A stretch of 64,000 nt of DNA from Tubiluchus corallicola (taxonomy: Eukaryota > Animalia > Priapulida), in the NCBI GenBank assembly GCA_030141605.1, contig JAQGDQ010000050.1, positions 631,971 through 695,970 on the forward strand, in the 5' to 3' direction. Positions 42,201 to 54,200 of the stretch are shown one piece after another. Both the position numbers and the translations under genes were made by a program. Positions within the stretch are counted from its first letter, which is position 1. Each line of letters starts with the position of its first letter. The notes below the pieces were generated by a model. That model was not told the DNA's origin, did not search any database, and saw only the letters and a list, made by a program, of their open reading frames with translations.

Positions 42201-45200
42201 CAAGCAGCTGGTCACCGTGGTGGCTGTGCTATACTGATTTCAAATGTGCTAGCCTCTTCGATTCAATCGGTCGAATTTGGTTCCGATGTTATTGTGCTAC
42301 GCCTCAATAATATACCTGGTATTGTTTTTGTATGTGTTTATCTCACGCCATCTGACTCTCATTACCACTCACTTGAATGCTTAGCAAAAATCAACGAAGT
42401 TATGATGTCCAACCCTCATGATCAATTTGTGATACTTGGTGATTTGAATGCCCGTTACGGGCCTGCTATTAACAAATTTTTACGTAATGTTAGTGACAGT
42501 GGTGCACGATATCTTGCTTCCGAGGATTCGATTGGATCCCCAAATGAAAATGCCAAAGTTGTTTATAATTCTTTTAACTCTTTAATCGTTGTAAATAACA
42601 TTCAGTATAAAGGCAGAACATTTAAAAGTAATCTGACGTATAGAAAACGTGAGAATTGGATTTCTGAATTAGACTATTGTCTTATTTCTCCTGCACTAAT
42701 CGATAGTGTTGTCAATTTCACTGTCAATCAAGACTTACGATTACCTTCGAATCATGCCCCTCTGTCTGTGATTTTTGATATCAACATGTTATCTCGTGGA
42801 GCCTTACCTCACAATCTTCTTATCAGATCCGAAGCCTTAGGTGCTCATGCAGCTGAAGTTAAAACTCCATACCGCAAACATTGTAGCCGTCAGATCCGTA
42901 TTGCTGAAACAGACTGTGTCGAATTTCAGAGAGTGATGTCTTCAGTTGAACCTCCTGATGATGTGGATGATGTAAATAGTTGTGTTACTGATATTAATAA
43001 TGTTTTCCGTGATAAACTGATTAGATGTAAAGCTCCGAATCGTCTCATCAATCGTTATCAGCCGACGGATCGTTGGCGCCGTATGCTCGAGCTCAATGAT
43101 TCTAAGGAAATATGGAATGCCATAGACTGGAAAGGAAACACGATTGAATCTGAATCCTTTGAATCTCCAACTAGCGAAGAATTCAAACGTCATTTCGAGG
43201 ATCTTCTCAACCCAGATCGTGATGGTCCAGAGGACTTATTATCACTGTGCGATGGTCCAAGTATCCCTATCACAGATGATCCGATCGCTTTCGATGAGTT
43301 TGTTTCTGCTGCTTCCGAATGTAAATCAAGTAGTAGTGGTGGACCCTCTGGTATTCCTGGTGCTGTGTTCAATTTTATCCCAGATACTTGGATTAATTAC
43401 CTGTGTTTTGTTCTGAATTTCATATTCTTTTCGCGATCTTTCCCGATTCCGTGGTGCTTTAGCCGCCTTGTTACTATTTTTAAGAGAGGATCTCGTAAGG
43501 ACTGCGATAATTACCGCGGTTTGTCAATCATGGATTCCCTTGCGAAAATATACGATCGAATTTTGTGCAAACGTTTAGAGATGTGGTTCAAACCCGATAG
43601 GGAGCAGGCTGGCGCCCAAAAGGGTAGATCCTGCCTTGAGTGGATTGTGACTCTAAGACTATTAATGGACTATGCACTGTTTAAAAAGAAGAAATTATAT
43701 ATCGTTTTCGTAGACTTCTCGAAAGCTTACGATAGAGTTCCACGTTCTGGTTTGATTAGGGCCTTGAGAGCTCTTGGCTGTGGTCGTGTGATGCTTTCTG
43801 CTCTTGCTGCCATGTATGTGAATACGCAGCTGGTCCTTGGTGCTGCCGTTATTGGTGTTACATTAGGTGTGAAGCAGGGTTCTCCGTCATCCTGTTTCCT
43901 CTTCACACTGTATATTAACCCTCTTATTCGTGAATTAAAGTCTAGATGTGGTCTCGATGGTTTCCTAGGAAATTTACACTGTTTGATGTTGATGGATGAT
44001 ACAATCTTATTGTCAACATCTAGGGAAGGTATTATTCAAAAACTCAGTATCCTTATTGAGTTCTGTGATCAATCCGGTATGAAGGTGAACTTAAAAAAGA
44101 CTAAATTTATGGTTATTAATGGCGATGCTGTTGATCGTCTGGACCTCGTAGTGAACCCCCTTACTGTTAATCACTGTGACTATTACGTTTACCTCGGTGC
44201 TGTCTTTAGCTCAACAGGAAAATTTAAACCCGCTCTGGAAAAACACTGCGAAGACAAATATTGTCACGTACTGAAGTTCGTGTCATTTATTTCTAAGAAT
44301 TCAGCTTATCCTTTTGCAGTTAAGAAGTTAGTTTTAAATGCCGCGCTACTTGCTGCAATTACTTACGGATGTGAGTCTTGGCTATGCAATGTCCTTAATC
44401 CTATTCAAGGGATGTATATTAGTGTTATTAAATGTTTACTCGGTGTGCGACGTACAACTGCTAATGATTTGTGTCTCATAGAGTTGGGCCTTCCCTCCCT
44501 GAATGGTTTTGTGAAGGACACCCAATCTCGCTTTTTCAATAAGATTGTTCGCTCAAGAGTGAATATTCCTGATGATCCGTTTATGATTGTTTACAATTTG
44601 TGTCGCGAGTCAAACACCCCATGTGCTCGATATTTGCGTAATATAACTGGATACCGTGGTGATTTTATCGATGAAGACTCTGTTCATGTGGACAAATCCA
44701 AACAGAACTGCACGTAATATGTGAATGCCCTGAAACACGTATCTTAAGAAACAATTCCGAGTTAATATTTGATGATTTAGTGACTTTTTTCAGCGGAAAT
44801 CCCGCTGATATTTGTAATTTTGTACACGATGCTCTAGCCATTTTTGGTCTCTAATTGTTACTACACCATACATTGAGTGATCTATGGACTATGATCAGCC
44901 TAAATTTCTTAAATGTTGCAACTATCTCGAAACGATTCTTATGATTTTTTGTATATATCTTTGACCATGGTCAATAAATAAATAATAATAATAATGTGAA
45001 TCTCATTACTATTTTTATTACTTTGGTACTATAAGACTAATTTACAAGTCTTTATATTAGATTTATTGTGGGAAGAAGGATATCTGTTTACTTGCCACAA
45101 ATAGATTTAGTTCTTCATATAAGCAGTGCAACAAAAAAATTTTGAATAAATTAATTTTGATTAATTGATAAGGGATTAACAACATTCCCATTTCAGCACT

Positions 45201-48200
45201 GTTAAATCTAATAAAGTAACTTGTGTCAAATTCTTGGTAATCTCTTTTTTGCAAAATTTTGCCTAAATGCCCGACTAACTACGTAACTAAATGGCTAGTG
45301 AATTTTTAGGTGAACAAGGAACAGCGAAAACTGTCATGATCAACAACTATTGCTCAAAATACGACCACGAACAGCATTTGTTCAAGAGTTTCAGCTTTTC
45401 AAATGCAACAACTCCAATGATGTTTCAGGTGAGTTTCACCTTTTTGAACTCAATAAATCTGATGATGTTTTAGGTAAGTTTCAGCTTTTCAAATAAAAAA
45501 CTCTGACAATGTTTCAAGTTCATTTGAGCTTTCATACACAATAACTTCGATGATGTCTCAGGTGAGTTTCAGCTTTTCAAGTGCAACTACTCTGATAATG
45601 AGTCAGGTAAGTTTTGAATTCTTTCACATACAGCAACTCTTTAAAGGTAAGTTTCAACTCTTATCAAATGCGCCAACTCCAATGATGTTCCAAATGAGTT
45701 TCATCTTATTAAACAAATTCGATGATGATTCGGATGAGTTTCAGCTTTTTAGATTCAAAAACTCCTATAATGTTTCAGATGAGTTTCAGCTTTTTAGATG
45801 CAAAAACTCCAATGATGTTTCAGGTGAGTTTGAGCTTTTTAGATGCAAAAACTCCAATGACGTTTCAGGGGAATTTCAGCTTTACCCATGGAAAAGAACT
45901 GATGACGTTTCAGGTGAGTTTCAGGCTTACTCATGGCAAAGAACTGATGACGTTTCAGGTGAGTTTCAGCTTTATGCATGGAAAAGAACTGGTGACGTTT
46001 CAGGTGAATTTCAGCTTTACACGTGGAAAAGAACTGATGACGTTTCAGGTGAGTTTCAGCTTTATGCATGGAAAAGAACTGATGACGTTTCAGGTGAGTT
46101 TCAGCTTTACACATGGAAGAGAACTGATGACGTTTCAGGTGAATTTCAGCTTTACACATGGAAAAGAACTGATGACGTTTCAGGTGGGTTTCAGCTTTTC
46201 ATATGCAACTACTCTGATAGTGGGTCAGGCGAGTTTTGAATTCTTTCAAATGCAGCAGCTCTGATAATATTTTAAGGTAGGTTTCAACTCTTGTCAAATG
46301 TGACAAATCCAATGGTGTTCCAAGTGAGTTTCATCTTTTTAAATAAATTCAATGATGATTTAGATGAATATCAACTTTTCAAATGGAAAAACCCAGATGA
46401 TGTTTCAGTAAGTTCCAGCTTTTCAAATGCAGCAACTCCAATGATGTTTCCTGTGAGTTAGCTTTTTTAAATCAAGAACTACAATGATGTTTTTTTATTT
46501 TCATTTAGACTAATACTTTGACAATATTTGGCAGCTTACTGTCCAATTGGAATGATCTAAAATCAGTTCTGTTTGCTTAAATACATGCTTAGCATTTTTT
46601 TTAGTTGTATAAACAAAAATACATTGCAGGATCCAATATAGCAAGACATATCACAAAGCATATCAATTATATTGCATTATCAGAATTGCATTGAATAAGT
46701 AATAATAATTTTCTGTAGTTCCTTCAGGGAAATAAAACTATAGGCACAATTTAAATAATGTGTAAGTTTTTTTTTACTAGCTATAGGTACAAATTTTTAA
46801 GGTGTATCAATTTTTTTTATTATATTAGAGATAGAGACATGTCGAGCACTTTTCACATAAAGGTAAATCACAACTCCAATGTGCCGTAATCATTGCAAAG
46901 AAACCATGCAGCTATTATGATGCCCCACATTTGTTTCAAACAAATTAGTTTTTTATTATGTACCACCTTATCACCCATGCCTTACTCCATTTACATAAAT
47001 TTTCTGTTCACAGTTTTGTAACGTTTGTTAATATTAAAACTTATAGAGAACTATTGAAAGCTACGTGGACAAGCGCATTGGTAATAACTATGGACCACCA
47101 AATGGACGTCGGATGACAATTTTTATTGATGACTTGAACTTACCTGTTGTGAATGAATGGGGTGATCAGGTAAATCTGCAAGCATTTTATTCTTTACACA
47201 AGTGTGACTTGGCTAGAAATGGATGTCATCTTTTTAATTTAATCCCAGAAATCATCTCTTCATTTATACCAATTGTTTGGCCTAATAATACAATTTAGTG
47301 TAGCAGTTCTTTTTTCTGGCATATCAGAAATGCGGTAAAAAACTGGCGAAATGCATTTTCTTTTCCTTCTGTTCAGTATACATAACATACACCACTTTCA
47401 TCTCTTTTATGTCCTGCCGATAAAGTTGATAAGATAATAGAAATAATAGAGTAATTTTTACATTTTTTTGGTTTAATGACAAAGGTGTAGTTTAATTGAA
47501 ATTTTATATACCTGACTATAATTTTCCACTTTCCTCTACATGCCACGCTTTCGTAGATATGTCTGTTTTTGTTGGTTTCTTGTGATAATGAATTAAATTT
47601 TCACTCAGTTTTAATTGACTTTAACAATTTCAAATTTGTGACATTATTGTATCACATTTCCAATGACTTAGCTTTATCGCTTGAAAAGTTAACACGTTGA
47701 GTTTTGCATGGTCTACAAGAATAAAACAGGTGTTGTAAATCACTAAAGCTGTTGTCTTTGTTGCATTTCCTCTAGCCTGTAAAGTAGTGATCACTAAAGT
47801 TGTTGTCTTTGTTGCATTTCTTCTAGCCTACTAATGAGATCACGAGGCAAGTAATGGAGATGAACGGTTTCTACAGTTTAGAAAAACCTGGTGACTTCAT
47901 TAACATTGCCGACATCCAGTTTGTTTCAGCCATGATACAACCTGGTCAGTTATTTTAACTGTTTTAAAATATATTGATTAATTGATAATTTAATCTGTGT
48001 CAATAGTAATTAATCCTAATCCTAACTGTTTTACAATGTTTCTACTTCGAAGACTATACTAGAGTGGTCTTGTATATCAGTTCGATTTGTCTACTACTTC
48101 AATATCGACAACTATTGAGGCTGTTCTTGTCCTCTATGCTTAGATTTTGCTATGGTTGCTATGTAGTACGTTGATTGTCCTCTGGCCTTAGCACTCACTC

Positions 48201-51200
48201 TTACTGTAAATCGCCTGGTTTATGTAGACCTGTTCTCAACCACCATTATTCTTGCTAAATTCTACAGACACTTTTATTGCTGGTAGGTGTTAAATTACTT
48301 TGTTAAGACCAATTCAATCTTTCTACTGCACAATTATACATTGTACAGTAATTTTTGCATTTGTTGCTACTATTGCTGTGCATGAATAATCGATTATTCG
48401 AACCTTAGAATGCTATAAAGCTGGAAAAAATTGCGGACTAAATTTTTGTGATTTAGCCTTCAAAACCTTGTTTGGGAAGTGATAGTTTTGTGACCTACCA
48501 CTCTGGAAAAAGAATTATACAGGTTAAAGATTGATAGAAACTTATGGATTCTTTTCAGAGTAAGGCACATTGCCAAGTAATGCACAATGTTATTAATAAT
48601 ATTACTGCCCGTATTTACCAGCCTGTACAAAAACCTACTGATTTAGCAGCACTTGCTTTCACATTAGTAGCTTCTGTATCTTCAGTTGTAGTGACGAAAG
48701 GCGAGAAAAGCAAGTAGTGCCGTTCAATGGGTAATCACTAATACATGTGCTGGTCTGCTAACTATTCTAGCATTATCCAGTGTTTTTTGGTGTCTAAATT
48801 GAAGGGATACCATCAAATAAAGCCGACATGCTACTTCAAAGACCCAGCAGTGACTTGAATACTACCGCATAATTTATACGCCTGGAAATTTTTGCATATG
48901 GTCTTCCGCCCAAAATTCACAAACATTTCCAGCATTGAACTAATGTTACAGTTTACAGTCTTATAATGAAATGCAATTTGGTTACCCTATGTACACAGTA
49001 TTGACTGCCCGCTCACTTATGGAGACAAAAAACCTTAGCACTGAACCAACATCATATTCCTGATAAAAGCAATTCTGCTGTCTTTGCTGCCTCTGTATGG
49101 CAGATGGGAGAATAATCAGTCCTCAGTGCCCTGATAATACTAATTCACTAGGAAGTTGGATACCGCCTTATGTACATAGACATACTTATGGCATCAAAGA
49201 GCTTAGAGCTTGGTATGGGAACATTTCAGAAATGTTTATTCAAACACCATAAAATGTTCATTATGCAAAAACACGTTATCGAAAGTCAATAAATTGTGTT
49301 TAATTGTATACAGCTTATTTTCATGCTAAATAATGCAGTAATAGTATTATTAACTACAGTTCAGTTAAGATAAGAGCTTCAGTGTAGGTAAATTTATCTT
49401 TCCAGCTTGACAGCAGGAGGTTTTGGGCCTTGTCGGTTAACAATTTACATAAATCAGCCCAGAAAAGAGAATATTCAGCCCCGAATATTCGATTATTTGA
49501 ATAACTTTTCCTGGAAGATGAGCTACATTAGTACATCAGGTTATCATGGCATTTTGACTTAATCTAATGGTTAACATTAATTCTGAATTAGTGGTGAATT
49601 ATTCATCAGTAATTTATTATTGAGAAATTTATTCTGCTCTTGCTTATACCCATAAAAACATTTTTTGCTTCACCTCTTCAGCTTTTCTTATAAATGTTAC
49701 TAGTAATTAGAATAAGTTTTTAAGTACATTTTGAGTGTTGTATGTTACCATAAATGTAATTGAAACTTGCACTTATTTAGGTGGTGGCAGAAATGACATA
49801 CCTGATCGGTTGAAGCGCCACTTTGCCATCTTTAATTGCACTATACCGTCGGAGTCATCCATCGACCGGATATTTACGGTTATCTGCAAAGGCCAATTCA
49901 AAAAGGTTACATTCTTTTGTATGATGCACTTTTTGTTTTGCATTAAATTTGCACAAATTTTGTCAATGTAAAAGTAATGTATATTTTTGCAAATATTAAG
50001 ACTAATACAGTGTACATATGTGTATTAGATTAATCTACATTTTACATTTTTTGCTATTAATTATAGAGTATCATAATTATGTGTTTGAAGTTAGGTCCAT
50101 TACAGACAGAACTTGAAGGTTAATTAAAAAATTGTGTCCTAGTTACTAAGGGTTTAAACATTTGGGTTTAAATTAAAATGTGTATTATGGATTGTTGTTT
50201 TTTTTTGATAACCACCCTGCAGCATCTGATAAGTTGAGGTAACTTACTAATGAATCGGGATTCGTTCGGTTGTTACTGATGTTTATCCGTCGGCTGTACT
50301 CCATCGGTAGGCAGATTGTTGCATATTATAGTTATATGCAGAACTTTAAAAAATTATAAAAAATTCAAATGTGCAACAATTGGCCCAAAGATAAGTAGGA
50401 TCAGAGTTCGAACTATATTAGCTTCCGAGATTGCTCCAGAACGGAGAAAAACTGGTGACAGTCAGACAGAAAGAAAGACGGGCACAACTAATAATTCTAC
50501 AATTGCCCACTTTGTATGCACATTCATAATTAATGTCACTTCTTTTAGCCACTAATGTTTTATTTGCAGGAAAATGGCTTCTGCGAAGAGGTTTGCAGTG
50601 CATCTCTTAGACTGGTAGCTTTAACTCGCAAACTGTGGCAAAAGACGAAGATAAAAATGATGCCAACCCCAGCAAAGTTTCACTACATTTTCAACTTGCG
50701 TGACCTCAGCCGAATATGGCAGGTGTGTATGATTTACAATAGAAAAAAACAGCTTCTTCCATATCATAAACATGTGTCAATACACTATAAAACATGTAAG
50801 CATTGGTTTGGGAAAACATCTGCAATTTCAGTGTTGAAGAAAAGATTTTCAAAAAAATTAGCAGCAATTATGATAAAACTCCAATATATATTTGATTGGT
50901 TTGAGTTTGTTAGAAGTTAACCTTGAACCTTGATCAAGCCAAGTCCTGATTTAATTGATTTTACATTGTGATTAGTGAACAACGTCATTTGACCCTTTCC
51001 AAGAATTGGGCCCAAGTGGTCAGTCCTGTCATCATTGTCTTTGTTGTCATTCTTGTGGAGACAGTAAACAGTCAGACCACAAGATGTTCTGTCTATTTTG
51101 CTAAGGATTCTGCAGCAACAGATTCAATCTATCTGTGATAGTTGTTATGAACGTGGACAGCACTATTCCAAATGTTACTGCAACACAAATAATGAGAAAA

Positions 51201-54200
51201 TGTTTTCAACACCCAGAATAAAATTGTCAATATAATCAAAGTCTAATATTTTTTTAATATATAAATATTTCTAGCATACTGCCCATCTTCAATACGATTA
51301 AGATCTCATAGTTTTAATGTGAAATAAGCTAAACAAAAACAGGAAATAAACTAATTACATAAAAATCACTAAACCTTTTTAGTTTTGTGCTGAAACTGAG
51401 CAGAGCGCTGGAATTGTTCACAAATAGAGAAAATATTATGTTTATAACTTTGTATCATCATACTTGTGAATGTTTTTATTTTCTTTGATTGGATAGGGGA
51501 TGCTTGTGGCAACAGCTATAGAACGAGAGGTAAAGTCCATCCATTAGGCTGTTCAAGCATGCAGTGATGCATATTTTTATCCTGTTGTTTACAAACTTTT
51601 GTAGAATTCTAAGTGGTATTTGGCTAATGCTTTCTCTGCAGCTTGCACTTGCTCTATTTTTGTTCCTTTTTAAATGCAGTTTTGCACACTGCAAGCAGGG
51701 ACGATTTGCTAATGTCGATGGTTGCACTTGGGCTGAATTTGCCTATAATCACTTGAGATTAGACACTCGAGCCAGCAAAAGTGAGTAGATGAAACCACCC
51801 AGAACCAACTTTCTCAGCAGTTGCACTTACTGCCAGGTGTGATATTGCTTAACTTCTGTAGCTTTGTTACTTGTCGCAACCTCTCAACTATATCTCCTGC
51901 CCAAATGGGGCTTTTTGGTGATAAAAAAGCGACAGATTGCTCGTTATTTGGAAAATCATGTTCAGTAAATCCTCACTGAATGGTACATCATTCGCTCAAA
52001 TTTGGTATCTGTACCAAATGTGGGAATTTGGCAAATGAAAGCCTACTGTTGTGCAAAAATGTCATCGTTAGAAAAAAACCCACTGCTGAACAGAGGGCTG
52101 TTAGACAAACTTAACAACTTGTTGTTAAATATTTTCTGTTGCTACTGTTTTAGTTTTTAACTACTCAGCATATGCATCCTGAGAACTATTGCTTTCAACC
52201 TAATTCATCCAGAGTTTTGTGAACTTTAGTAAAATGTAAATTATAGATCAATTATGAGTAAAAGCTTTGGTACAGGAACAAATTATTACATTTGTTTTGT
52301 TATTGAAGGAAAATTAATTACATCTTAACTGCAATGCCACAACCAGGTCAAATAAATAATGTTTGTTGAGTACTAGGTTCTTCATGCCAACATGCTATCT
52401 CATTTATATTATTTGCTTTTTTATGAAGTTACTTAGACTTTTGTGAGTTAAGGTTTCTCAAGCTTTTGTTAGGTTAATACTAATTTTAGTTGATGTCGAC
52501 GGCAAAGTGTATCCGTGCTTGTAATAGCACGTTGTGCATAGAGTAGTAACATTTGTTGATGAAGGATGGAGCATTTTACAGTGCTAGCCATTTAAATAGT
52601 TTGCAAAATGATATGTAAAAAAATTTTAAATTAATTTTACATATTAGCCATTTGTCATCAACGTAGCCATAAGCTGTTATATGGTTTCGTGATTATTTTT
52701 TGCATTTTTAAATGATGCATTAAAAATTATCCACTATCATTGCTTGTACTAATTTACTAATGTACTTAATTCGTTTACTGAATTTACCCTACATTAGTGT
52801 TTATTTGTACTAAGCAATGCTTTTCTGTTGGGAAACGCACAAGTTTTGTGCAGCTTTGCACTAGCTGTCATTTATACCATACTTATCTTACATATTCATT
52901 TTTAATAACAGAAAAGTGTGAAATTTTACACATTCTATGCACATCTGTTGCAGCTAGCCAGTCTGCTTGTGTAACAATACTTTTTTTGGCTGGTAGTTGT
53001 TGTCATCATTAGTGCCGTCCTTGTTGTCCTCATTGTGGCCTATTGTTGTTAGTAGCAGTAGATAAAGTAATGTTAATGTGTATCTCATGATATAAACATG
53101 TTTTTAAACCTGGAAAGTTTAAGCACTTTAAAGTAAAATCAAATTAAATATTTCTATTTTTGATCATCACGTGAAGTGAGTTCATTCAGCAGTGCAAAAG
53201 CTACGAAAGCTGCTATCAGTTTTGCTACCACAGAGTTAAGAAAATAATTCAAAATATTGTGTGAAATAGAATCAAACTTTGAAACTTCTTGTGTTTGTGC
53301 TTTGCTTAACAATTTTGCTTTCTTGATTAGACAACAGTATGGCATGTTTCGTCAGCTAAAGTGGGACAGAAAATTCCTATTTTGTAACTTTAAAATGTTT
53401 TTGTTTCTGTAGCATTTATACATGCGATACTTTTGTGACATAACTCATAAAACAAGGTGTGCATTTCTGTAGTAACCTGATATTGTAATTGTTTATATAA
53501 TAATATTTGTATTGTTGTATATAATAGTTTATAAATTGTATAGCAAGTCAATGTATATAATTTTCATCTAGGGAATGTTGGCTGGAACGTCTGAAGTAAT
53601 AAACAGTCAACACAGTCTGTTGTTGCTATGGGAGCACGAGTGCTGCAGAGTGATATCTGACAGATTTATTGTTCAAACTGATATTGAGTGGTTCAAAAAT
53701 GCTCTGAGAAAGGTATTAATTTTACTAGCTAATGCCGCCAGTCCTTTCTGTGCTTTTAAATTGGTTTTCAATTACAATATATTAAAATAATATGGAATTA
53801 AATAAAATTTGTTGTATATAAATGTTATAAGTAGTTGTGAAAAATTCTTCAGTCTTTTTTGTGGACGTATTGTGTTTTGTAGTATGATGGACTGATTTTG
53901 TTTTTTTGGATTAATATCATAAATGATCTGTAGAAGCTGAAAACTTGTGCAAAAGTAAAGCACAACAAAAATAAGCTGCCAGTTAGCAACAAAACACAAA
54001 TATGTGTAAATTTTATTCAGCTAAAATAATTTTTTACCCATAATGTAGCAGCTTCTTAATTAGCCTAAAGTTAAAATCTGATAACTTTCTGCTTTTCTAG
54101 CTGGTTGAAGAGGAATTTGGCAAAGAAATTGTGGAAGAGTTGCCAGAGAATACTTATTTTGTAGACTTCATGAGAGATGCTCCAGAACCAACTGGTAATT

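Larger units (their letters stand above)
40669..44994 (+). mobile_element. End-to-end non-LTR retrotransposon (ORF1 + APE-RT ORF2; tentatively Proto2-like) in dynein intron 36
   Basis: TSD (T)GTGAATCT at 40660-40668 and 44995-45003; AATAAA plus (AAT)n tail; ~600-bp 5' UTR; two ORFs. Clade label is from recollection of the LMDD motif and is unverified. Confidence 0.92.

Noticed and set aside
45550-46264. ORFs of 229, 180 and 106 aa in the array, one with zinc-finger-like HLKRH repeats
   Set aside because: They are by-products of a repeat unit divisible by 3; the antisense ORF lacks paired cysteines and there is no independent gene structure.
45384-46495. CRISPR-like appearance of the regular 45-bp array
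   Set aside because: There are no unique spacers (whole units are homologous), no cas genes, and the context is a eukaryotic intron; the unit is the dynein exon end.
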